A stretch of 62,494 bases of DNA, the filler included, from Choristocarpus tenellus KU-1152 (lineage: Eukaryota > Protista > Phaeophyceae), in assembly GCA_964200185.2 (NCBI GenBank). It is 7 parts of 7 records of this genome, joined end to end, with 100 filler letters (N's around TTAATTAATTAA, not from the genome) between each part and the next. Parts side by side here need not be neighbours in the genome. Positions count along the whole stretch, not along the records: positions 45,955 to 55,761 come from CAXNAD020003377.1; positions 55,862 to 59,403 come from CAXNAD020019368.1; positions 59,504 to 62,494 come from CAXNAD020023093.1; 4 more parts are not named here. The stretch is one strand, 5' to 3'. Shown here piece by piece: positions 50,601 through 62,494 of this stretch (position 1 is its first letter; every line of letters begins with the position of its first letter). The notes under the pieces were generated by a model. That model was not told where the DNA came from. It made no database searches and saw only the letters and a program-made list of their open reading frames with translations. The position numbers were made by a program, and so were the translations under genes.

Positions 50601-52120
50601 ACGCACAAACCATCATATTTTATACCAAACAAAGTGTAAGCGCTCAACCAAGAGGACCGTCGTGTCTCCTGAAGAAACTCAACCCGAGTTTGAAGAGCTA
50701 CTGAAGGAGGACATGATGAGGGTGCTGGACGTGTTCGTCCTTCTTTTTGTTTTCATCTCGCATTTCGCAGAGGGGGTGAGGATATCAACGTGCTCGCCAA
50801 GAGTTCTCTACTCTGGTATTCTCTTCTTTCAATGCAGGATTGCTTGAGATCAACGTTGTCTACACATCATGGTCTCACCTTTCAATCATAACTCTCTCTC
50901 ATCTAGAAAACAACAATCAATCTACTCCATCGATATCTCTATCTCTATCTCTACAGCAGCAGTAGTCAAAGCCTACATGGAGCGATGACAATCGATGTGT
51001 CTGGTACCTCACAAGAGACACAACGTTGTACAACACATAATATTGCTATTTTCGCTCTGCCCGTGGTGTTCGGCACAGCTCTTCATCACAATCGATTTTC
51101 GTTCTACCGTAGCACAGGAGGGGTTCATCTCGTATCCTCTCACTACGCCATCTCCCCGCCCTCATCCGTCGGCAGTTTCTTTTTTCAACTCCTCCACCAC
51201 GAAACAGAGTGCAAGAGGTGGCAGCACGCATCATCTGCCCAGTCGCCAAGGTTTGCAATAATGGTGCCATTATCATGTGGACTGTTGAGCACATTGTTGA
51301 AGATGGAACGGAATATTGTTCGAGGCCTCTCTGCGTGGAGGAGATGGATGGTCCAGTCTGGTAGAACCGTGTGCGGGAGTTCGGAGCGAAGGTGAGTGGG
51401 CGGATGTGCAACCCTCTTGACGATGAATCGAGAAATACTCCTCGGTAGGCGATACACTGGTGGGTAAGGGTATCACCTCCACCTCACAGCATCTCCTCCC
51501 TCTACCTCACAAGAGGTTTTCATTGTTTCTCTGTCTTTGGTGGCAATCACTCGAGGCTGTGTCCACAACTCTACCTCCCTCACAATATATGTACGGTATC
51601 TACTACTAGAGCTCTGAGGGACACACCATAGAAGAAGTGGGGGTAAGAGGAGGGACGACCAGTCTTTGCCTCGACTAGTGCACATCTGCATGCTCCCTCC
51701 TGTTCTTCCAGGAAACAATGTATTTTCAACTTTTGTACACAATCTATATGTCCTCTACAAAGAATTCTTCTATTCCCCGACCTTCCATTGACTCCCCATG
51801 CACACAATGCACATTGTACACACATATACACAGGTGAATGGCGCCTTGGGATTTTCAGAATCTACTAATCTTTGGTGGGACAATTTTTTGCACGAGGCTG
51901 TCATACTTCAAAATCACCGTGAGTTTAGTGTTGGGGTGAAGATATACTGTTGAACTGAAATGTTTTGGTCGTCGGCCTCCAGATCTCTACAGTAATGCAT
52001 GTGTTATTTACACAGTCGCCGCTCAGTTTGCCTCTGCAGGTTGATCTGTCAAGGCCACTGAACCAAGGTATTGCCTTGAGGGGACAAGATTAAGTTGGAA
52101 GTGGTTCATCTATAAGATGA

Positions 52121-52163
<43 letters not shown>

Positions 52164-52545
52164 TTTTATCATTTTTGTCTCAGTATGTTGGCAATTCGCG
52201 TTCATACCTTCATCAGCAAGCACGCCTTCAGCTCCAACAAAAATGTCGAGAGTTGGGCATCATTGGATCGTGCCAGCAGGTTTGGATCAATCCTGGATTA
52301 TGCTAACCTGTGCGGGACTGTTATTGCCACGTGCAGGACACCAAATCAATGGCCATCACATTGCTGCCCTGTTGTGAACAAATACCTCTGGAAAACATTA
52401 AACGGTTGAGCATAGCTTTCACAACTGACTTCTTCTTTCTCCCTTTCCCCCACACCCTCAGAACGAGAAGATAGAGAAGCAGATACTGATCATGCAGAAG
52501 AGGAAGCCCCCAATGGTGGACTCAAACTATGTGTTTTGGCAGGTT
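47695..52545 (+). pseudogene. Unidentified decayed multi-exon gene (possibly TE-borne)
   Basis: Exon-like segments with GT/AG edges: ~49155-49223 (KEVDKEVEVTIDEDAREEEE), ~49621-49745 (GHIKVSEQERYERRFVLGLDEDILDEVKEFVREADKEYKKY), ~50675-50721, ~51270-51391, ~52040-52067, ~52462-52542 (NEKIEKQILIMQKRKPPMVDSNYVFWQ). Some contain stops; phases do not chain cleanly. Confidence 0.3.
52122..52162. repeat. (GT)n microsatellite
   Basis: About 20 tg units read directly. Confidence 0.95.
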
Positions 52546-53919
52546 GTGAGCTCGCTTGTTCTCCTCTACCAGGCATACCAGGAACAAAGAGAGGATAGGA
52601 GAAGATTGCGGGAAGCACTGCGCGAAATGCGGAACATCTGGAGGGGAGAGTAGAATGAGCGGTCACCAAGCCAGGGGTAGGGTAGATGGGGGGACAGTGA
52701 CAAATTTGGAGTTTGGAGTCCAAAACACACGTGTATATATGTGCATGTAAAATATATACTAGTAATAGTACCTTGTACATAATATATACTCTGTAAACAT
52801 TTTTCTTTTTTCTACAACGCCCTCACAAGAACTGTAACAAGTGATGAAACTTCACACTAGCGTGGCAAATGCAGTCCCCTGGGAAAGGAGGGCGAAGGTA
52901 CAAAGATCTCTCTGCAAGGAAATCAACATATCCAAGTTACACCCACGAAGTTTGCCTACTCAACGGCACAAGGAATTTTGGAATTTTCATTGAACATCCT
53001 ATCACGTAATATGACAACCCTCCCAACCATCAGCCGTGGCAAAATTACCTGCTACATATCGAGAAATTGACCACAAAAAACTACTACTCTGGAGTATGTA
53101 GTGATTAAATAAACTTGTGTTGTACAGACAGCACTATTCACCTTGCTTCACCATTGATTTGCAGCATAGGAGGGATGAACTTCCTTACTTCAAATCGTCA
53201 TGATAGTCCAGGATGCAAACCAGTACACAGGAAAAATATTGTTGGTTGGTTCGATTATTGTTCAAATATTTACACTCTCAGTTGAGATCGGCTATCTACC
53301 ATACTCAGTCTTGTACGAGAAGCATGTGTTATCATCCAGGGTATCAAATAGGTCACCTTCCCCCCTCCCCTGATGGAGGACCTACACACACCACAGAAAA
53401 AAGGACTAAAAATCTTCAACAGACTTGAGAAGAATGTCATCACATTAAGTATTGCTTTGGACACTAATAAAGCCCTCTCGGAGAACTTCTCTGTTCTAGA
53501 CTCAGGTGTTAGGAAGGTGCTCTGTATGTGAAGCACCTTATAAAGTTGTTGGTAGCAAATCATGTGTCAATCAGCAACGCCTGCTTCCCAAAGATGGAGT
53601 AATTGCGTTTATATATTCTTTTGGGATTCTTACCCATTTCCTCAGGAATACCACACCCTGGACCAAGAGGCTCTCACCAGAAATACTCTGTTCTGGGATG
53701 CGTATAGTCCAGAGCATGCAATAAGGTGAAGATAGTGGTTGGTACCTGTACTGACTAAAAAAACTAATCTATACTACTTGTAAAACACTGCACTATCACC
53801 TTCCATGCAACATTTACTCCTCAGCAGTCCTAAAGGTTTTGACAAAGACTGTACCTCCTCAGGGTACAGGACAAACAAACTAACGCATTCATAAACGCCT
53901 TTGAAGCCCAGTAAAACAT

Positions 53920-55402
53920 CTATCTTGCCAAGGGACAACCTATTTCCCCCATCTCACTCCCTTCACTTCTGACAAGTCGATACTCAAAGTCCCATACTGC
54001 CCGACCCTCTTCCAACCCCTTTCTCTCATATTTCGTCTCAGGACGCCATGCTGGCCTTGTCATCAGCTGTCCCCCCTCCCACACCCATCCTCCTGCTGAC
54101 AACTCTTGATCTCCACAACGCCGTAGGCGATGATGGTGCCGCCCCTCACACTCCTCCCCCAACTCAAAATCTTTGTAACTGTCAAATGTGCAACTGTCAC
54201 AGTTGTCACCGTCCACTCCACTAGATACTTCTTCAAAGCCATCACCTTCCCCCTTCCCAGCCGCTCCTGAGACTCCTGCACCTAATACCACTGGATCTCC
54301 GCCTTCCTCTCCACTACTAAACCCACCTCCCATGAGTCGCATGGTGTGGAGAGCGTACTCTTCGACATCAGTAGCCACGTGTAACGTACCCCCCTCCTCC
54401 AACTTCTCAGAGAGGAGGGTCAGGAAAAGTGGACGCAAGAGGCGCCTATCCAAACAACAACAACAAAAGAGAGGAGGGATTCAAACAACCAAATCAGACG
54501 GAGCTCTGTCAATTGTTTTCAAGGCAGAAGGGGGAATTAATTCCAGGGAGCAACTTTCCTCAATTTTTCAAACTCCTACTTGCAGCAAGACACAAGAATT
54601 TGAGAATGTTCTAGTGGCATGGTCATACAGATACAATAAAAAACAAAATGTCACAAAAAAGGAAGGGCTAAAAAAGAAAAAAAACCCTAACAGTCCATTG
54701 GATGCATATGGTACACAACTCACTTGAACCAAAAACCTAGACAATCTTGTCTGTCCCTGTCACAGATTCACCCAGCTACAGTAGAACACATCAAATGTTC
54801 AATTCATTCTCTTAGGACACTGCTCTAAAACCCAATTCTGATAACACACTCTCCATTCTCTTTCTTCTCCAGACCAGCTGTATGGCCCCTTCATTTTTAA
54901 ATATATTACTGCGGGCACTCTTACGCAAAATGGGGTCCGCTGGCATCAATTCAAAAAAGGTCCAACTACATCGCTTCACCCAACAGTCAACACCAACAGC
55001 AAAATAAACATGGCTTCAACACATACAAAAGAGTCCTCAAAATAATGGTTTGCCTACACACATACACCTCACAGCAATCCCCAAGTTGTCACGGTAACAT
55101 ACAAAGGTCAAATCGATACAAACACCCAACTAACTTACACAACCCTTCAAAAACAAATAAATAAAAAATATACAGGATCGAAAACAGTCCCATCCAACAA
55201 AATAAAAATAATAACACAATCACCTCTCCACGTCTCGTTCATGAGGAAATGGATCCGGGAAAAAGACACAGCAACGACTCAGGGCACTGTCCTCCACATT
55301 ATCTCTCAGGACGGTGAGGGCATCACCCTGTACAAGGCGAACGTTCTTAAGTCCTTCAGCAGCAGCCCCCTTTATGGCAGCCGCAATTCCTGGCTTGTGA
55401 AC
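53920..55402 (-). CDS. trmB: tRNA (guanine-N7)-methyltransferase TrmB, last two exons; 5' exons missing
   Basis: Exons 55402-55224 and 54445-53920: VHKPGIAAA...GLKNVRLVQGDA...CVFFPDPFPHERDVER|RLLRPLFL...L..GGTLHVATDVEEYA...RPAWRPETKYERKGLEEGRAVWDFEY. Canonical TrmB motifs. Confidence 0.92.
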
Positions 55403-55874
55403 CTTCCTTGTCATGGGTTTAGGTAATGGGTAATACCAACAGGTTCAGAAACTCAAGGTTAGAACTGAAGATTTCACTCCTGTGTTTTGATACCAGGAGG
55501 TATTATTAGCAATACATAAATATGCTACTTTGTTATACATGCATAAATCGAACCCTCAACCCACTTGAACCACCTCTCAATCACCCAGTACATGATACCC
55601 ACTTTAAACACCCCTGCGCTCTCCACTCACTCTAGAGGCTCTACTGTCTACCAGTTGGTAACATGTTCTCTGACAGCCAAATTTTTACCACCTTTTGCTG
55701 TTCCAACAAGTGTATTATCTCAACGCTTGGGGGGGGGGGCACGGCATTAATGAAACAGAAANNNNNNNNNNNNNNNNNNNNNNNNNNNNNNNNNNNNNNN
55801 NNNNNTTAATTAATTAANNNNNNNNNNNNNNNNNNNNNNNNNNNNNNNNNNNNNNNNNNNNGGGTAATTCAGAC

Positions 55875-56550
55875 CTTGGAAGCACCGCATGACAAAGCCT
55901 TCTTACGAATGGCGTCATAGTCCTCGCCTTGCTGCCCTACATTGGCACAGTAGCTGCCAAGTGGACATCCAAGTGGACATCCAATCATAAGCAGTTCACA
56001 AACCACATTCAGGGACGGGTGCAACGACAGGACACCAGGAGGCGGGGGATTGGGGTCAGGCAAGGGAGTAGGGGAGGATCTGTGTTTTTCTACCAATGCA
56101 TTATGGATCTGGAGAAGGAAAGGGACAAAAGGCGACTATCCACACTGGATGATACTGGCTTCAGTATCTTGTTGTCTCATAGCTATGGATTCCTATAGGG
56201 GAAGGACAGTGTAGATGGTAAGTTAGGTGCAAAGAAGAAATACTTGGGAGATATCTATTTGACCTTGCTCTCCTGGCAGGGTCATATTATGGATGTACCA
56301 TGAACTTGACCAGCTCTTCGACTGCCCAAGACTGTGGCATATTTACCGACACCCGAGGTAGCCCTCATGTTTGAACAGTGACTTGAGTATGTTCGTAACC
56401 CTCAAGTAGTAGTGCCTCTCTGGCGATGAAACAAGAATGTTGCATTGTAAAAACGTGCGCTCACCATATCACCTCAAAACCCTGCTCTGAGAGCCAAATG
56501 AGGATGACAGACGTATCCAGTCCTCCGGAGTAAGCCAGGACCACCTTCAT
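55875..56550 (-). CDS. argG: Argininosuccinate synthase, first two visible exons; remainder lost at gap
   Basis: Exons 56550-56465 and 55953-55875: [29 protein letters not shown]|[26 protein letters not shown], with the [11 protein letters not shown]-loop signature of ASS. Confidence 0.93.
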
Positions 56551-58433
56551 AGACACGACAGATTAAACAAAAAAAAGATACTTCGAAAACTTGCAGTCTT
56601 TTGTGGTGTGAGAAATGCCGCATCGGTCGTCACGCCAAAGTTGTATATTAAACCAGATAAAGCTAGTGGAAGCAAGGGATCAAGGCAACAATGTAACGCA
56701 AATCTCATTTGAAAATTGAAGCGTAAAGCCCCATCTAGCTGTCACTGCATAGAGTCGGATAGTAGGGGGAGGAGGCAACGACGAGTGTGCTGATATATTT
56801 TTATCTCTAATCATTGTCAAATGCTTGACGTTTTAATTAGAGTGCAATAATGTCGCTTCTTTGAACGGACCCAAAACCTTTGGGGGTAAGACAGAGGTGC
56901 CACTGTTGTGACATTGACGAGAACGGGTAGTCTGGGTTCCCAGCACCGTTATGTTCACGGTCCGACAGCAAGATACTAAAGGAGGAGGAGACGAGATGGG
57001 GCTAATGACAATGGAGTGTCTTGTGCCTTTGGTAGACTAGTGCCAAGAACAATGGATTTTGGAAGCAGAAAATGAACTTGAAGTCGGATGACTGTACTCA
57101 TGTGCAACGTATCGCTTGACAGAACTCATAGTCAAACTTCACACGCAGTTATCACATACTCACCCATGAGTCAAGATCTAGGGGTACCAAAAAGCTAGCA
57201 TACGGTCCTTGCAAAGAGGTGTTCATTCTGCAACCCAGTCGTTCAAACGGTCAGCACCACATGTGGAACCATTGCCACATACTTGCAGGTGTTGTCGTCC
57301 TTCCATCCAGCAAGTTCTTTTCCAATAGAAAAACATCCTCTAAATCTATCCCGAATCCGACTTTAACAGAGAGGGAATAGTTTCTACGTGTCACCTTCTG
57401 GCCCGCCATGCTCTTCTCTGTTGTCATCTCCTGGACGAGGGGTCTTCTACTTCGTATCGAGAAACGGATCCTTGAAAGATAAATTGAGCAATGGAGGTAA
57501 GATATTGGTTAGGAATAAGGAGGAGCAGTCACACCAGCTTCAGGTCAGGAGGTACCAAGTATCCACACACAAGCCGACTACGGTGGTAGGTTGACGCTTC
57601 TGTTCATCCAGGACCATACACAATCTTGTTCCATATACATATATGTATTTTTCCGTATTTTTTTGGTGTAGAGAGGAGGGTGATATATTTGAATTCATCT
57701 GAGACTGTTTTTTTCGTGCATAAAATAGTATGATATAGTAGTACTATAAAATATTGATGTAATTTGAGTTGTAAAGGTCGATTAGGACCGATTGTAGATC
57801 GTTCCCATCCGATCAAAGGACAAAAAAAATCATTTCGGGGTCTAACATGTCTTCTTATTTCTACGATATGTTAAAGTGTTGTTGTAGACAAAAGTAGTTG
57901 TAATATCAATAGTAATTAGTGTTGTGAATCGTAGCAATCTGATCGGTCCACTTCGATTAGATCGGAGTAATCCACACTAGAATCTTGGGACCGATTATCG
58001 AGGAAAGACGGTTTCTTCCGTTCAAGATTGTAATAGGATCAATACTGGTACACAACGAACCACGAGAATGTCTACGACTGCATAAAATGCCATGAATGTG
58101 CCCAGATATACTCTGGAGACGGTGAGGGTGGGAAACTACACCAGTATTAGGCATATTCTGTTGGCGCCTATTCAAAGTCCAGCAGCAAATGGACCGCTTG
58201 GAGGAGATGTGCAGGATGTAGAAGGTTGAGTCGAAGAAAGTGGTCGAGGATGTATATATACCGACTCATTATTAGCGATCTACTTATTATTCCATCATGG
58301 TCAGGTTCCTGTACCTCAAACCTGCAATTCTTCTTCGTACGGTCACCGACAACATATGTCAACAATTAAAAGGGAAGGGTGCAGTTAGAATAGGAATAAA
58401 ACAGTTACTCAAATATGGGGAATAAAGTGTAGA

Positions 58434-58494
58434 AGTCACCTGTCACTTGTCACCTGTCACTTGTCACCTGTCACCTGCCACCTGTCACCTGTCA
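58434..58494. repeat. Heptamer tandem repeat (GTCAC(C/T)T)n, ~8.5 units
   Basis: gtcacctgtcacttgtcacctgtcacttgtcacctgtcacctgccacctgtcacctgtca. Confidence 0.9.
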
Positions 58495-58924
58495 AGCCCT
58501 TTGGCAAATGCTGTATGTTACATCTGTCTTACACTCTCTCTGTTCATTAGTCTGAGACATCACGGGGTTTTGTTTTGACCATTTCTTCACGAATACGAAC
58601 ACTTTCCTAGTGATATATATACAGCTGTTGCATTTTAGAAACAATTTTTTGTCTTCTTAGTTATTAAAATCCCAAATATTAGTTGGAGTTAGGAGTAGGA
58701 TAATCCCTGCTGTAAGTGGACTATTTTGAGAAAAAAATCCTCTCCAAGGATTGGAAATTAAAGTACATAAATAAGCTACCATCCTAACACTTGGAAGCAT
58801 TTCCAATCCATTATATCAATTTTATTTTTAGAATAGACTCCCCACACATTTGTTATTCAGCCTTTAGTTTAAACCTTTTTGCTTAACTCGCTTTTTTCTG
58901 AATATATGAAGCTGTGAATAAAAA

Positions 58925-59660
58925 ATTGGATTGGAATTTTGGTTTTGGCATATTTTTCCTAATAGTTCTGAATGTGTTCCGAGAAGGGGAACCGAAAAAC
59001 GGTTCTTTTCGACACCATTTTCAGTGCCTGGGGTCTGAGTAACAGTGGGTACAACGTCCCCCCATCGTTACGCAACATCTCAGTACCTCGCCAAGAGCCG
59101 TACGGCTCTCACTTAACCTCCCGACCATCTGCGACGTGAGTCCCATAGCCAATATGGCCATTCCGGCAAGTCCGCCGTCTTTCACCAGGATCCCATCGGC
59201 CCAGGGTAAAATTCCAAGCTGAACGAGGAAGGTCAAAACGCGCTGGCCTTTTGTTACGCTTTAGCGCTACCTCCCAGTAAGAAACGGCTTCCGAAAGGGT
59301 GGACCGGAGAGGAAAGGGTGGACTCCATTAAGGTACAGCACAAGAGGCACATTCTTAAGGTAATGTTCATCTGCGCCGTTTCAAGGTCAAAGTATCTGGG
59401 GGGNNNNNNNNNNNNNNNNNNNNNNNNNNNNNNNNNNNNNNNNNNNNTTAATTAATTAANNNNNNNNNNNNNNNNNNNNNNNNNNNNNNNNNNNNNNNNN
59501 NNNCAAATGGACAGCCGCCACCCCCCCCCCCAGATACTTCGAGCCAGCATTCAAAAATGATAAGAATATGCCCCATTCTGTGTTCCATTCTTTCGGAACC
59601 ATTTCAGAACAGAGTTCTTTGAAAAACAGTTTTTAATGGAAAATATTCCAATCCAACGTA
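58925..59660 (+). mobile_element. Tc1/mariner (DD39D, plant-mariner-like) remnant with imperfect inverted termini, interrupted by MITE B and a gap
   Basis: 59282-59386 encodes ...IKVQHKRHILKVMFICAVSR (cf. KxFIxKVMFLxAVARP). ttggattggaat...gttctgaatgtgttccgagaagggga at 58926-58990 is an imperfect inverted copy of ~59585-59657. Confidence 0.55.
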
Positions 59661-59749
59661 AGAGTCCTTTTTGTAATCGGAGGTCAATATCAAAGACCTA
59701 TGGGACAGAGGGAGTATTAGATATTAATCTCTTTAATAAATGGAGTTTA

Positions 59750-62430
59750 CATGAGACTGCATTGTCACATATCCAGTCTTCTTCTGTTGAAACACAGGTA
59801 CTCTCTCTATGATACATAGTAGGTCAATATCATCACCCCATGACGACTTTTGGTCCGCTCCAGTACTTTTTCCATAGTGTGTGAATATTCATACCTACTG
59901 TATACGGACCTGCACAGTATATGGCCATATCTCACCATTTCACTCTATATGGTCACACATACTTTTCTTCCATGGATTGGTAGTCTGTATCCAACATACC
60001 GTACAGTACAAACTCAGTACGTCACCAACCAAGTCACACATACATGTTGACTCAGACTTCAATTTGATTGTTTTCATTATTATAGGACAGATAACCCCCG
60101 CATTTTGTTTGATGGTCTTGTCACCCTCTTGTGAGACCTCGACCTCACTCTGCAATAAGTATACATCGATACATAGCTGGATGAGATATACTCAGAGTTG
60201 ATACATCCCATCCTTCATCACAAGGTACAAGACTCTGTCTAGAGCATGCACCCTGGGTCCAGTGAGGTCGATAAGAATGTGGATGAACAGTCCTTAGCAC
60301 AAACCACAGTAGACTTGGGGATGGGATCTTTGATTCAAATTCCCTTAGCACACCCCACACATGTTGTTGTGGGCAGATGTCCTGACAGCTCGATCCTCTG
60401 TTCATGTGCTGTTTGAAGGAGAATATGCACACCAGCATGATTCAATATGCGATGTACAGTGTTGCTGTGCATAAGTGCAGACGAGACATTTGCCACAGGA
60501 GGTAAATCGTCAGGGTGTTCCATCCAGCCTTTCAACTTCAGCTGTATCCATTGACCCATCCCACTAAAAAATAAGTGGAAGACCCTCCCCATCTGATATG
60601 TAGTAAGCTTCGCCAGTCTCTTTGTTGGTTACTTCCTTGGCTTTATAAGCAGAGCATGAGGATAGGAAGGCGAATGCTAAGTCGGGGACAAAGGCGACAG
60701 ACTCTAGAGAAACATGTACCCACTCATCATGGCCTACGTTGAAATTGAGATGATCATGCCACTTTCCGTAATGGGTAATGATGTGCCATTGGTCACAGTC
60801 ATTTTGTGGCCTTCTGGGCATGGGGTGAAACTATTAATGTTCGTCAGGTCGTTAGTCACACTGTTTGGTGTCCCTGAATCAAAGCACCATCTCTCTCTAA
60901 ACAGGAACCGCTCACCTTGCCATGGTCGGCCACTGTAGCTAATATGGTCTTGAATTCCCTTTCTCCTCTGGTCTTTGCTGGTTCCAACCCTGGTCCAGTT
61001 AATTCTTCTGCCTGTTTCGGCGGGGTCGCCCTATTCTGGCGACAAACGTTCTGCAGGTGCTCTTTACTCCCACAGCTGTAGCGCAGACCTTCAAACATTT
61101 TTTCGTGCCTTGATCTCGTGCCCAACACGGGATCCTGTCGTACCAGGGTCTGTACGGTGACTAATCGTACTATTGCCACCTCCACGGTAGAACATTAGTT
61201 ACCTCTTCTGCGAGTTCACAGTCCTTGCAGCTAGAACGCTCTCAGGCTCCCTGCGGTTCCCTGCTTCATGATCTAGGGAAAAATATCTTGAACATCCAGC
61301 ACACTGAATCGTGTCCCTCGTTCGCTCACCAATACCGTGATGTTGCGGTTAGTGCTTGGTGATCTGGTAGTCATCGTCGAGAGAATCCAGCATAGCAATT
61401 CGGAGAAGAACCTGTTGCAATATTCCTCACTGGACCTGTGGTTATGTGGCTTAGTAGAGGACAATAAATGGCTTCGTGTGTATATACCATATTAATGTTA
61501 CAAGGAGGTTATGGTCTCAATTCCACTGACTGAACTCTGGGGTGAGACAGGTGCAGACTACCATTACTATTCGTATAGTGTAGGGTTTGCAATCGTCCAG
61601 ACTAATTTACCATGAATAATTCATTTACTTGTCTTCAGTATAGCAAGCGTATCTTGAACATGACACAAATCAATGGACACTGCAGAGTCGAAATCCATAT
61701 GATATATCTATCGCTGATTCTCCATCCTATTATCTACTCCACTGGTGGTGTCTATAGTGCACCAGCAGCACTATCCACGAACCGAAGTTGCTCCGACATT
61801 TGATGTCCCACCATCGCCATCTGCCTCACCCAGTCTAACATCGTGGCGAAGGTGGTGTGAGGGTTGGACCCCTGCGGCATTTTAACGTTCATCACCATCT
61901 TCTGCAATCTCGCGATTTCCTCATCTGAGGGAATGAGAAAATATTCCCTCAATTGCATCCAAGCCTCCAATGGTGACGCTGTATTGTGAACAAATGCCCC
62001 AGTAGAATCCAGTGATACTCCTCAGCAAAACGTCATATGCCTTTTTGGTCTTGACGACCACATCTCCACTCACATCCTCCCCCTTGATGAAGTTTGATTT
62101 CGCCCAACTCGGTCCTCCCTCTCCTCTAGTGAATCATCAATATCACCTCTTGCACCCCAAAAGGCATGTGTTGTGGCGAACAGGTCTGCATAGTTTTCAT
62201 CTGTCAGTTGAAGGAGTTTGGTATGGAATATATCTAAGGCCATGAGTGTAGCTCACAACTCAAAACCGCTCCAGCTCCAGCCGCGCCTCCTCTAGCTAGA
62301 GTATGTTGGTTAAGGGCGCTTAAGCGTATTGAATAGTTTCCTGCGGGAAGGCTCTTCGCCAGAAGCTGCTGGTGGCTTACATGGTGAACATGCACAGATT
62401 ATTAACTATCCGCCAACCTTCTGTCTTATT
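59750..62430 (-). mobile_element. Degenerate Ty1/copia LTR retrotransposon (gag-zinc knuckle-protease-integrase; RT not seen)
   Basis: Minus-strand order: gag AWMQLREYFL...VKMPQGSNP...MAMVG (61970-61752); knuckle YSCGSKEHLQNVC (~61080); protease WCFDSGT (~60890); SLESVAFVPDLAFAFLS (LxxVLYVPxL); pre-integrase HRILNH...CVGCAKG; integrase IHILIDLTGP (~60280). Confidence 0.85.
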
Positions 62431-62433
62431 CAT

Positions 62434-62494
62434 GACCCAAAGTATCTGGGAGGAGGGGGGGGTCTAGACCAGGGTGTCCATTTGGACCAAAACC
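62434..62494 (-). mobile_element. MITE family B partial copy at window end
   Basis: gacccaaagtatctgggaggagggggg...gggtgtccatttgga, as at 43906. Confidence 0.85.

Overview
Eukaryotic, intron-rich, repeat-rich genomic scaffold. GT-AG introns of about 0.2-3 kb, interstitial TTAGGG/CCCTAA tracts and an apparent bipartite plastid-targeting peptide suggest a photosynthetic stramenopile, probably a brown alga or relative (inference). Seven contigs are joined by artificial 100-bp spacers (44 N + TTAATTAATTAA + 44 N). Host genes: (1) a giant minus-strand gene with 14 phase-compatible exons (24711 to 3056, at least 2,722 aa, 5' end missing), encoding helical TPR/SNAP-like repeats followed by a ~1,400-aa acidic low-complexity tail; (2) a minus-strand CBM20-domain gene head-to-head with (3) a plus-strand THUMP/RlmL-type rRNA methyltransferase; (4) the 3' exons of tRNA m7G46 methyltransferase TrmB; (5) the 5' exons of argininosuccinate synthase. 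Mobile DNA: decayed Ty3/gypsy, Ty1/copia, hAT and mariner remnants, a foldback element, two related MITE families with 4-bp TSDs, and a decayed intron-containing Sola2-like transposase with tandem Tudor-like C-terminal domains. Most notable observations: that transposase/MITE system, a MITE carrying a phage-type (mitochondrial plasmid-like) RNA polymerase fragment, and a polarity of telomere-like repeats in introns (G-rich strand near donors, CCCTAA at branch-point position). All family assignments come from motifs recognised by eye; no searches were run.
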